Assembly (NCBI GenBank): GCA_042569595.1
Contig: JBHPHI010000002.1
Location: 2,590-66,589, forward strand
Direction: 5' to 3'
DNA: 64,000 bases
Source: Patescibacteria group bacterium
Lineage (GTDB): Bacteria; Patescibacteriota; Microgenomatia; UBA1400; 2-01-FULL-45-11
A model generated the notes under the pieces. It made no database searches. It saw nothing but the letters and a program-made list of their open reading frames with translations, and was not told the DNA's origin. Made by a program: the position numbers and the translations under genes. Numbering within the stretch: the first letter of the stretch is position 1; every line of letters begins with the position of its first letter. Shown one piece after another: positions 9,609 to 18,611 of the stretch.

Positions 9609-10814
9609 TTATAAAGTAAACTTTCCTCCCCTATATATAACTACTTCTTCACTGTTTTCCAGCGTAGCAGTAACTACCCTGTCTTCTGTGCTAATAACGT
9701 CTGCATGAATTTGTGAATTATTAAAGCCTAGGTTGTTCCAGTCAGACTCTTTCAACTTTGTTGAGTCGCCCGAATAAGCTTCTTTATAAGCCATGCCCAC
9801 TGCAACGTGAGTGTTTCCATATTGTCCGCCCACATTTTCATCAAAGAGTGTTTCTGCCATATATTCAGTAATATTTGACATCCTTGAGTCAGTTAGGGAA
9901 AATTCTCCAATTTTATCGGCATTTTTTTGAGACAGCATTTCTTTTAACATGTTTTCATTTCTCTTTGCGATTGCCTTAACCACTTTCCCCTCACTAAATT
10001 CAAGAGAAATACCTTCAATCTTTACACCATACCTGTATAGGGGTTTGTTTAAGGAAATTTTTCCCTCAGTTCCTCTCCAATCTGGACTTGTAAATATTTC
10101 AAAACTTGGAATGTTTCTACCTCCTCCGCCAAGCCACTGTCTTTCTTCGCCAATTTTTAAAACAAGATCAATGTTTTTTGACTTTATACGAACAGAATTA
10201 ATTTGAAGATCATTTAGCCATTTTTTGATTTCCTCTTGTTTATTTAGGATTGATTTCCATTTTTGTATTGGGTCATCTTCATTTAAAAAACAAGCTTTTT
10301 CAATCTGATCCCAGTATTGCTCAAGAGTTAATCCAGCGTCTTTGGCTTTTGCAGGCGTTCCATATAAACCAATTGTAGATGTGTATTCACCAATTTGTTC
10401 TTTTTCAAATTGCCAGTCCCTGATGAGTTTTGTTTTTTTTGTGGCCATAAATATTTTTTTCGGATCTATTCCTTCAAGCTCATGGGGATTATCCTCAGCA
10501 ATTATGGCAACTGTATGATTTATTAAATCGATTCTAGATTTAACAAATTCTTTTGGAAAAAACTCAAGCTGATCTTTATTTGCCAATTCGTAAAATTGCC
10601 TATTAAATCCATTCGGCAAATACCTCATCATCGGATGAGCTCCTGATTCAAGAATGGCCCTTTGCAGCTCTCCATATAGTGGTTTTGCAGACTCAGGAAT
10701 CACAACACGAACCACCTCTCCCTCATTAACACCTTTGCCATCATTTAAGGCAAACTTAATTAATACATCTGCGTATTTTTTTAATAATTTTTTGTTTGGT
10801 TGATACATATACAC
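9609..10814 (-). CDS. ampS: aminopeptidase, M29 (AmpS/PepS thermophilic metalloprotease) family
   Basis: 401 aa. N-terminal LLKKYADVLIKFALN and the overall pattern are typical of M29 aminopeptidase T/S. Confidence 0.65.
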   Translation of the reverse strand: MYMYQPNKKLLKKYADVLIKFALNDGKGVNEGEVVRVVIPESAKPLYGELQRAILESGAHPMMRYLPNGFNRQFYELANKDQLEFFPKEFVKSRIDLINHTVAIIAEDNPHELEGIDPKKIFMATKKTKLIRDWQFEKEQIGEYTSTIGLYGTPAKAKDAGLTLEQYWDQIEKACFLNEDDPIQKWKSILNKQEEIKKWLNDLQINSVRIKSKNIDLVLKIGEERQWLGGGGRNIPSFEIFTSPDWRGTEGKISLNKPLYRYGVKIEGISLEFSEGKVVKAIAKRNENMLKEMLSQKNADKIGEFSLTDSRMSNITEYMAETLFDENVGGQYGNTHVAVGMAYKEAYSGDSTKLKESDWNNLGFNNSQIHADVISTEDRVVTATLENSEEVVIYRGGKFTL

Positions 10815-10875
10815 CTTTCTCTTAAAATGTAGCGGATATTCAAAGGCTAATTATAGCGTAATATTAAAATCAGTT

Positions 10876-11943
10876 ATGAAACTAGAAAATTTCCTAAAAA
10901 AAAGAATCAACAACCTTCAAAAACGTCTTAAAAAAGAAAAAATCCAATACCTTCTCGTCACAAATTCAAAAAATATCACCTACCTCACCGGATACTGTCC
11001 TGACGGTAGCAGTAGGGAAGTTTACCTAATTTTTTCAGAAAAAAAATCTTACCTATTTACTTTCAAGCTTTTTGAGATCAATGTAAAAAACTTACACCCA
11101 CTTTACAAGATTACGTGTTTATCAAAAGATAATACGCTCTCTTCATGCATAAAAAGGATACTAGACTCAGATTCAATATGGATAGAAAAAAACGATTTAA
11201 AAGTTTCAGAGTTTGAGGATATTAAAAATAAAATTAATTCTAAAGTACATTACTCACCAAAAATAATAGAAGAGCTTAGACAAAAAAAAGACGACATTGA
11301 AATAGTAAATCTTAAAAAAGCTTGTCAGATAACTAAAAAAACGTGGAATCAAATAAAACAATCAATTAGGCCAGGAAAAACTGAGAAAGAGATACAAAGT
11401 CACATAATTTCAGTTCTATATAAGAATGGAGCGGATGGCATCTCAGTAGATTTTTCACCTATAGTAGCCACAGGAATTAATTCTGCCTCCCCTCACCACA
11501 AACCAACAAACAAAAAAATCAAAACAAACGACGTAGTTTTGATAGATTTTGGGTGTCAAGTATCCGGATACTGCTCTGATATGACAAGAACGTTAAAGTT
11601 GGGAGAAAAATCGAAGGAATTTGACTCTATTGAAAGTATTGTAAAGCGCGCTTATGAGAAAGCATTTTTAAATTTAGACAATAATATTTCAACCGATGAA
11701 AGAGTATTTAAGATTTTAGAAAAACATGACCTAGAAAAAAACATGCTTCACAGCACAGGTCATGGGATTGGACTCTCTGTGCACGAATCACCTGCAATAA
11801 GCAGGAAATCCAATGAAAAAATTAAAATAGAAAACAACATGATATTTACAATTGAGCCGGGAATATATTTGCAAAATAAATTTGGCTATAGATACGAAAA
11901 CACAATTGCAAAAATTAAAGACGAATACGTAGAGCTTACCTAA
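10876..11943 (+). CDS. Xaa-Pro aminopeptidase / M24 family metallopeptidase
   Basis: Creatinase-like N-terminal domain plus a pita-bread C-terminal domain with HGIGLSVHESP and metal ligands D..D..H..E..E. Confidence 0.75.
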   Translation: MKLENFLKKRINNLQKRLKKEKIQYLLVTNSKNITYLTGYCPDGSSREVYLIFSEKKSYLFTFKLFEINVKNLHPLYKITCLSKDNTLSSCIKRILDSDSIWIEKNDLKVSEFEDIKNKINSKVHYSPKIIEELRQKKDDIEIVNLKKACQITKKTWNQIKQSIRPGKTEKEIQSHIISVLYKNGADGISVDFSPIVATGINSASPHHKPTNKKIKTNDVVLIDFGCQVSGYCSDMTRTLKLGEKSKEFDSIESIVKRAYEKAFLNLDNNISTDERVFKILEKHDLEKNMLHSTGHGIGLSVHESPAISRKSNEKIKIENNMIFTIEPGIYLQNKFGYRYENTIAKIKDEYVELT

Positions 11944-12167
11944 CCTCGAAGTTTAAAGTACAAGAAGACTTCTATTCCCAAAATTAACAAACTCAAAACC
12001 AAAGTTTTGGTCAAGTCTTTAGAAATTAGTCTGGACTCATATCCAAAATCCACAGCTTTCATCTTTTTAGGGGGGTTGGAAATATCAATCAAGGATTCAG
12101 AGAGAGTGTAAACCCTCTTTGTTTTAGACTTTTCCTTTTGTTTTCGGGTTCTTCTTTTTTTAGCCAT
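11940..12167 (-). CDS. small hypothetical protein with basic N-terminus and C-terminal TM helix
   Basis: Internal ATG at 12167 in the listed minus ORF gives a 75-aa protein (MAKKRRTRKQKEKSK...LVLSLLILGIEVFLYF). The upstream part of that ORF overlaps the better-supported plus-strand DUF4446 gene and is probably spurious. Confidence 0.3.
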   Translation of the reverse strand: MAKKRRTRKQKEKSKTKRVYTLSESLIDISNPPKKMKAVDFGYESRLISKDLTKTLVLSLLILGIEVFLYFKLRG

Positions 12168-12252
12168 ATGTAGACATATAGTAGATCTAAGCTTTAAAAA
12201 TAACAAGTTAATTGATTGACGATACGCCTCAAGAAGAGTAGAATTTAGTCTG

Positions 12253-12729
12253 ATGATAGAACCAATAATGATAGGAATTATAGCTGGCTTAGCAGTAGTT
12301 TTTGTTTGGGTGGTGGTGTTGACTGTTGTATACATTAAGTCACAAAAAACTTTCAAGAAAATTACTAAAGGAATTTCAAAAAAGGACCTTAAAACTCTCT
12401 TGAAGGAGATTGCTGACTCACTTAAAAATGCTGGAAACGAAATAAAAGCTATACAACAGGACTTAGACACAGTCGAAGAAGAAATGAAATCTCATCTTCA
12501 AAAAATTGGGTTTATAAGATTCAATCCCTTCTCAGATACCGGTGGAAATCAAAGCTTTAGTCTTTGCTTGCTCGACGACAACAATGATGGTATCGTCATA
12601 ACATCGCTTCATAGTCGAGACTCTACTAGAATTTATTCAAAAAAGATAAAGAAGGGGTCAACAAATGAGCGGGAATTATCAAAAGAAGAACAAGAAGCTT
12701 TAAAACAAGCACTCAAGAATAAAAAATAA
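12253..12729 (+). CDS. DUF4446-like membrane-anchored protein
   Basis: N-terminal TM helix, then the FNPFSDTGGNQSFSLCLLDDNNDGIVITSL pattern remembered from DUF4446. Confidence 0.5.
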   Translation: MIEPIMIGIIAGLAVVFVWVVVLTVVYIKSQKTFKKITKGISKKDLKTLLKEIADSLKNAGNEIKAIQQDLDTVEEEMKSHLQKIGFIRFNPFSDTGGNQSFSLCLLDDNNDGIVITSLHSRDSTRIYSKKIKKGSTNERELSKEEQEALKQALKNKK

Positions 12730-12737
12730 GGATTTCC

Positions 12738-13931
12738 ATGAAAAACTCAAAAACAATTGTTGCGGCTCTTATTTTGTATTTATTATCCACCGGTATATCG
12801 TTTGCTACATTCAACTACTTAGGAAGTCCGAATTCACCAGCAACCTCTCCAGAAGCAGAGGGTGGATTTAATGGTTTATTAAGCATCGAACCAGGAGCTC
12901 CAAAAGACCAAGAATGTCCGCTCAATGGAATGATGTACACAAAGATAGAGAAAGAAGCTTGGGAGAAAAGAAGACCATTGGCAATAATGGTAGAAAATAG
13001 CCCAGAAGCAAGACCACACTCTGGAATTATTAGAGCAGACATAGTCTATGAGGCGGTTGCAGAGGGTGGAGTTACAAGGTTCATGCCAGTTTATTATTGT
13101 GATGCTCAAAGAGACGAAGTAAAAGTAGCTCCAGTGAGAAGCGTCAGGACTTATTTTATTGATTGGGCTTCAGAATATGGAGAAACCCCATTGTTTGGGC
13201 ACGTAGGTGGAGCAAACTGCAGCGCTGACCCAGGCGGTCCATGCAAGACAGACAGAAGAGCTCAGGCAATTGAGCAATTAGCTAGGTATGAGTGGAGGTA
13301 CAGTAAGGGAAATGATTTAGATCAGTTTGCTGTCGGTGCTCCTACATACATCAGGAATGAAACAAGGCTCGGGCATAGGGTGTCAACAGAACATAGTGTT
13401 GTGGGAAGTACTGAGGGTTTATGGGAAGAAGGAGAAGAGCGTGGATGGACAAATTTAGATTTAGAAGGTGTTGAGTGGTCGGACAACTTCTCTCCTTGGG
13501 AGTTTCAAGATGAGGCTGTAGAAGTAAGTAGGGGCGACGTGGATTCAATAGGTTTCTATTTCTGGGATGGCTACGATGAATTTAAGGTTGATTGGAAATA
13601 TGATAAAACATCAAATGAATATTACCGATCTACTGGGGGTGAGCCGCACAAAGATCTTGAAACAGACAAGCAACTTTTCGCAAAGAACGTAGTATTGTTA
13701 TTTACAAAAGAGATAGGGCCAGTAGATGACTTAAAGCACATGCTTTACGAAACCACGGGGTCGGGCGAAGCATTGGTATTTCAAAATGGCAATGTCACAG
13801 AAGCAAAGTGGAAAAAATCAACTAGAACATCTAGAACAATTTTCACTGACAAGTCTGGAAGCGAAATAGAATTTGTTAGAGGTCCGATATGGGTGCAAAT
13901 TCTAGCGAATGGAAACGACGTAGAGTATTAA
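12738..13931 (+). CDS. DUF3048 domain lipoprotein-like secreted protein
   Basis: Signal/TM N-terminus, then PLAIMVENSPEARPHSGIIRADIVYEAVAEGGVTRF, which matches the DUF3048 N-terminal domain. GC is noticeably above the neighbouring genes. Confidence 0.6.
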   Translation: MKNSKTIVAALILYLLSTGISFATFNYLGSPNSPATSPEAEGGFNGLLSIEPGAPKDQECPLNGMMYTKIEKEAWEKRRPLAIMVENSPEARPHSGIIRADIVYEAVAEGGVTRFMPVYYCDAQRDEVKVAPVRSVRTYFIDWASEYGETPLFGHVGGANCSADPGGPCKTDRRAQAIEQLARYEWRYSKGNDLDQFAVGAPTYIRNETRLGHRVSTEHSVVGSTEGLWEEGEERGWTNLDLEGVEWSDNFSPWEFQDEAVEVSRGDVDSIGFYFWDGYDEFKVDWKYDKTSNEYYRSTGGEPHKDLETDKQLFAKNVVLLFTKEIGPVDDLKHMLYETTGSGEALVFQNGNVTEAKWKKSTRTSRTIFTDKSGSEIEFVRGPIWVQILANGNDVEY

Positions 13932-14090
13932 CGAAGATTTGTTCAAAACCAGTATTTAATTGTTATTGATTTCAACCTGAAAATGTATTATTGTTCAATT
14001 ACAGTATACAATCTGTAAATAAAGAGCCTGCCTAGAAACAAATTAGAACAGACATATAAAAAACTGCTCAATTGTCTCAGAAAGGAAGGT

Positions 14091-14672
14091 ATGGCCAACC
14101 TAAAAGACTTCATGATCTCAAGAGTGAGGGTTAAACTCCTCAAGCTTTTTTACGAAAATCCCCACGAACTATATTATGTTCGACAACTAACCAGAAAAAC
14201 TCAAGAAGAAATAAACGCAGTTCGAAGAGAATTAAATCGATTGGATAGAATTGGCGTGTTAAAAAGTGAAAGAAGAGGAAATAGGTTGTATTACTACCTA
14301 AATCCTTCTTACGATTTTTACGAAGACTTACTTAGTTTGGTAAGCAAAACCACAGGTTTGGGCGGAGCAATTCGAAAAAATAGAGTAAAACTTGGAAAAA
14401 TAAAATTTGCCATGTTGTCAGGTAAATTCGTAAGGAAAAAAGAAAGAGGAAAAAACGAAGTTGACCTCTTGATGGTTGGGGAAGTAGTTATTCCAGAATT
14501 AGCTTCAATAGTAAAAAACGAAGAAGAGAAAAGGTCCACTGAAGTAAATTACACAGTAATGAAGCAAGACGAATTTTTATTCAGGAAAGAAAGAAGAGAC
14601 CCTTTTCTTTTGGGAATACTTTCAAAATCAAGAGTTATGATTATTGGAGATGAAGAAGGCCTGGTGGACTAA
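14091..14672 (+). CDS. winged-helix transcriptional regulator (ArsR/MarR-like N-terminal wHTH) with uncharacterised C-terminal domain
   Basis: LKLFYENPHELYYVRQLTRKTQEEINAVRRELNRLDRIGVL is wHTH-like. Its stop overlaps the next start (TAAATG). Confidence 0.45.
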   Translation: MANLKDFMISRVRVKLLKLFYENPHELYYVRQLTRKTQEEINAVRRELNRLDRIGVLKSERRGNRLYYYLNPSYDFYEDLLSLVSKTTGLGGAIRKNRVKLGKIKFAMLSGKFVRKKERGKNEVDLLMVGEVVIPELASIVKNEEEKRSTEVNYTVMKQDEFLFRKERRDPFLLGILSKSRVMIIGDEEGLVD

Positions 14673-14873
14673 ATGATTCAAAAAGTTGTAAAAACAGGCA
14701 ACTCTCTTGCAGTTACAGTTCCATCAAAATTTGTAAAAAAAGTTGGACTTAAGGCTGGAGACAGAGTTAAGTCTGAGGTGTTGGCAGAAACAAACACAAT
14801 AAAATATTCCTTTCTTGATACAAGGCAACTTCCGTTGTCTAGTAAATTTCTCAAAAACAAATCAGAGCAATAG
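14673..14873 (+). CDS. AbrB/MazE-type SpoVT_AbrB domain small DNA-binding protein
   Basis: KVVKTGNSLAVTVPSKFVKKVGLKAGDRV is a swapped-hairpin AbrB/MazE motif. Length is 66 aa. Confidence 0.55.
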   Translation: MIQKVVKTGNSLAVTVPSKFVKKVGLKAGDRVKSEVLAETNTIKYSFLDTRQLPLSSKFLKNKSEQ

Positions 14874-14916
14874 AGTCAAAACTTAAAGATCGTGGTAAAT
14901 TAGACAATGTATTAGT

Positions 14917-16272
14917 ATGACTCAATCTAAAAAACTTTTAATTATTGGAATAATTACAACCTTAGCAATATTTATAGACGTCCCCGAAAATATTCCTGTA
15001 AATATCAATCAAGGCCCCATCAACATCAATACGACCATCCATCGACCCCCAATTAATGTTTCAATACTAGGAAAGACTTTTTATAGAGATCTAAAAGTGA
15101 AGCAAGGCCTTGATCTTCAGGGAGGCACTCAGGTTTTACTTCGAGCAAACATGGAAAACATTGCACAAGAAGATCATCAAGATGCTTTAGATAGTAGTAA
15201 AGAAATCATCAGCAGAAGAATTGATTTATTTGGAATAAACGAAGCGGTGGTTCAGACCAGCGTAGTTGAGAAAGATTATCGAATAATTGTAGAGTTGCCA
15301 GGAGTTTCAGATGTAAATCAAGCGCTTGATTTAATTGGCGCCACAGCACAGCTTGAATTCAGAGAATTGTTAGAAGAAAAAAAAGCTACAGACTCCGCAA
15401 CTTTGCTTGATTTTCAAAAAACAGATCTTACAGGAAAAAATCTAAAAAAATCTAGAGTTGAATTTGATCCAAATACTGGACAACCAGTTGTTTCATTAGA
15501 ATTCGATGAGGATGGAGCTACTCTATTTGAGGAAATCACGACTAGAAATGTTGGCCATCCAGTTGCGATATTTTTAGATCAGTACCCTGTCACAACTCCT
15601 ATTGTAAACGGACCCATATCGGGCGGGAAAGCTGTAATTTCTGGTCAGTTCGACACAAACCAGGCAAAAAACTTAAGCATTCAACTAAATGCAGGAGCAC
15701 TACCAGTCCCTATTGAAATAATTGAGCAGAGAAATATTGGAGCCACCCTGGGTCAGGAATCTGTTCAAAAGAGTATTACTGCAGGTGGAGTTGGGCTCAT
15801 TATGGTTATGTTGTTTATGTTTCTGTATTACGGAAGACTGGGTTTGATAGCCAATATAGGATTAATTATTTATGGCTTGATTACGTTAGCCATATATAAG
15901 CTACTTCCAGTAACACTTACACTACCAGGATTAGCAGGTTTTATTCTGTCCGTGGGTATGGCAGTAGATAGCAACATTTTAGTTTTTGAAAGAATGAAGG
16001 AGGAACTAAGGTTGGGAAAAAAATGGCAGGTAGCAATGGAGTTGGGGTTCGGAAGGGCTTGGGATTCTATAAAAGATGCAAATGTAGCCACTCTAATCAC
16101 TGCATTTATTTTATTCAACCCACTTAACTGGAGCCTATTTAATACCTCAGGGATGATACGTGGTTTTGCTTTAACTCTGGCTCTTGGAATATTTGTAAGT
16201 TTATTTACAGGAATCTTCGTTACAAGAACACTTTTACGAGCCCTTTATAAGGGATCAAAGGAGAAGAGATGA
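14917..16272 (+). CDS. secD: protein translocase subunit SecD
   Basis: TM helix, periplasmic domain, six C-terminal TM helices with LGLDLQGG and ILSVGMAVD motifs. Directly followed by, and overlapping, secF. Confidence 0.85.
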   Translation: MTQSKKLLIIGIITTLAIFIDVPENIPVNINQGPININTTIHRPPINVSILGKTFYRDLKVKQGLDLQGGTQVLLRANMENIAQEDHQDALDSSKEIISRRIDLFGINEAVVQTSVVEKDYRIIVELPGVSDVNQALDLIGATAQLEFRELLEEKKATDSATLLDFQKTDLTGKNLKKSRVEFDPNTGQPVVSLEFDEDGATLFEEITTRNVGHPVAIFLDQYPVTTPIVNGPISGGKAVISGQFDTNQAKNLSIQLNAGALPVPIEIIEQRNIGATLGQESVQKSITAGGVGLIMVMLFMFLYYGRLGLIANIGLIIYGLITLAIYKLLPVTLTLPGLAGFILSVGMAVDSNILVFERMKEELRLGKKWQVAMELGFGRAWDSIKDANVATLITAFILFNPLNWSLFNTSGMIRGFALTLALGIFVSLFTGIFVTRTLLRALYKGSKEKR

Positions 16273-17144
16273 TAGATTTCATGAAGTATAAAACTATATA
16301 TTTTGTTATTTCTGCAATTGTGATAATTCCAGGGATAGTTTCTCTCATTATGTTTGGGTTAAAACCTTCAATTGATTTTACAGGGGGCTCATTGTTGGAA
16401 GTAGGTTTTCTTGAAAATCAAGCAAACATTGAAAGATCAAAAGAACTTATTCCAGAAGGTATTGAACTAAACACAATTCAAACTTCAGGAGAGAATAATT
16501 TACTCCTCAAATTGAAACCAATTACAAGAGAGCAGTCAGAAGACATTAAAAGTAATTTTAGCGGTGAGTATGGTCAGATAGAAGAAGTTAGATTCGAAAC
16601 AGTTGGTCCAACAATAGGCAAGGAACTACTTAGAAAAACACTATTTGCCGTCGCTGCAGCAGCAGGGGCAATTTTAATATACGTGATGTATCAATTTAGT
16701 GAATTAAAGTATGGAGTAAGCGCAGTTCTTGCAATGTTTCATGACTCGTTAATTTTATTAGGGACATTTAGTTTATTGGGTCATTATTACGGAGTAGAGG
16801 TAGACACACTTTTTGTTACTGCAGTCTTAACAATTCTTTCCTTTTCAGTTCACGATACTATTGTTGTTTACGACAGGATTAGAGAAACTCTAAGGAAAAA
16901 TCGAAAAGCCAAATTTATAGACATTGTCAACAAGTCAGTTGCAGAAACTTTAGGTAGATCTATAAACAATTCAATGACAATTATTTTTATGCTACTAGCA
17001 CTTTGGCTTTTGGGAGGAGAAACTACAAAATGGTTTGTTTTTGCCCTTTTAGTGGGAACCATCACTGGAACTTATTCATCCACATTTACAGCCGCTCCGC
17101 TTCTAATTCTTTGGGAAGAAATCAAAGCAAAAAGAAAAAACTAA
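16269..17144 (+). CDS. secF: protein translocase subunit SecF
   Basis: IDFTGG motif and a 6-TM C-terminal region. ATGA start-stop overlap with secD. Confidence 0.85.
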   Translation: MIDFMKYKTIYFVISAIVIIPGIVSLIMFGLKPSIDFTGGSLLEVGFLENQANIERSKELIPEGIELNTIQTSGENNLLLKLKPITREQSEDIKSNFSGEYGQIEEVRFETVGPTIGKELLRKTLFAVAAAAGAILIYVMYQFSELKYGVSAVLAMFHDSLILLGTFSLLGHYYGVEVDTLFVTAVLTILSFSVHDTIVVYDRIRETLRKNRKAKFIDIVNKSVAETLGRSINNSMTIIFMLLALWLLGGETTKWFVFALLVGTITGTYSSTFTAAPLLILWEEIKAKRKN

Positions 17145-18571
17145 CCCAACTCTTTTATCCTTTTTAACAAATACTCCTTGTTGTTCTTACTCGTGTCTTC
17201 CATAACTTCGTCAAACAACACATTCATTATTTCTCCAACTTTTCTTCCAGGTTTTATTTTCAACTCATTCATCACGTCTTCCCCATTTACTTTTAGATCC
17301 CGTAACGTCATGGGTTCATATAGTTGCTCTCCTATGCGCTGTTGTAGCTCCCTTAGTCTCCAGCTTGTGGCTTTACTTCCTCCTCCTTTTCTATCACCTA
17401 CACGAAGAAGCATCATGTCATTTATGTTTTCAATTCCCACCCTTTTAATAAATCTTCTTATAGCCGCATCTGTCATTTTTGGGTCATATGTAAACATGTG
17501 CCATCTCACCAAAGTAGATAATCTTTCAGTTTGTTTTTTTGAAAGCCGTAATCTCTTCGAGATTTTTCTCACAATTCTTTCTCCCACCACCTCATGGCCA
17601 TAAAAAGTTATCCCTCTCGGCCCCTGTTCTCTATATGAAATAGGCTTACCTATGTCGTGTAAAAACGTAGCAAGCTTCACAATTGGGTTTGTGCTAGGAC
17701 ACTCTCTTAAACTCTCCAAAGAATGATGCCATACATCCAACTTATGTCGTCCTGCTTGAGGAACATTTCTCATCGCTAGTGTTTCGGGAAGAATATATTC
17801 AAGAATTCCAGAATTAAGCAACATAGTTACGCCGTCCGCAGCAAAATCAGAACCCATTATCTTGAGAAGTTCTTGAGAAATTCTTTCCCAGCTAACTTCA
17901 TTTATTAAAGAAGAGTTTTTCTTAATTGCTTTCAACGTGTCATTTTCAATCACAAAACCAATTTGAGCCCCAAAGCGTACTGCCCTCATCATTCGCAAAG
18001 CATCTTCACGAAATCTTTCATCTGGATCCCCAACTGCCTTAATAAGTTTGCCATCAAGGTCTTTTTGACCATCAAATGGATCAATAATTTCAACTGTTAT
18101 ATCAACGAATCCATTTTTTTGCTTAGGCAAAGTAGAAGAATTCTTAAGCGCCATTGCGTTTATCGTAAAATCTCTCCTAGCAAGATCTTCTTCGACAGTT
18201 TTTCCCCACACAATTTTGTCAGGGTGTCTTCTGTTGCTGTAGCCATACTCCTTTCTAAAGGTTGTGATTTCATATACTTGATCTAACCATCCATGAGTAG
18301 ACCAAATGGGGTCTTTTGTTTTTTTGTTTTCAGTTATTTCAAGTAAGTGTTTTCCAGAAATTCCTACAGTTCCAAATGAATTATCATAAAAACTTTCAGG
18401 AAAAAGCTTTACTACTTCTTCAGGTTTTGCGCTTGTTGTAAAATCCCAGTCTTTTGTACTTGCTTCAATCAACAAATCTCTCACTGCACCGCCAACAACG
18501 TAAGCTTCATGCCCGGCTTCTGTTAGAATAGATAACACTGCCGCTACAGGTTCTGGAAGATTCACTTTCAT
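17141..18571 (-). CDS. cca: CCA-adding tRNA nucleotidyltransferase (PolyA_pol head plus HD domain)
   Basis: AYVVGGAVRDLL and the GxGRxxD-like head domain, with a C-terminal HD motif (HDIGK). Confidence 0.8.
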   Translation of the reverse strand: MKVNLPEPVAAVLSILTEAGHEAYVVGGAVRDLLIEASTKDWDFTTSAKPEEVVKLFPESFYDNSFGTVGISGKHLLEITENKKTKDPIWSTHGWLDQVYEITTFRKEYGYSNRRHPDKIVWGKTVEEDLARRDFTINAMALKNSSTLPKQKNGFVDITVEIIDPFDGQKDLDGKLIKAVGDPDERFREDALRMMRAVRFGAQIGFVIENDTLKAIKKNSSLINEVSWERISQELLKIMGSDFAADGVTMLLNSGILEYILPETLAMRNVPQAGRHKLDVWHHSLESLRECPSTNPIVKLATFLHDIGKPISYREQGPRGITFYGHEVVGERIVRKISKRLRLSKKQTERLSTLVRWHMFTYDPKMTDAAIRRFIKRVGIENINDMMLLRVGDRKGGGSKATSWRLRELQQRIGEQLYEPMTLRDLKVNGEDVMNELKIKPGRKVGEIMNVLFDEVMEDTSKNNKEYLLKRIKELG

Positions 18572-18611
18572 AACCCAATCATATCATGTACAGGAAGGTA
18601 GATAGATAATC

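Noticed and set aside
12167-12470. Upstream 100 codons of minus ORF 11940..12470
   Set aside because: It overlaps the DUF4446-like plus-strand gene, whose TM helix and conserved motifs are better supported. Only the distal 75-codon part (MAKKRR...) is kept, as a low-confidence small gene.
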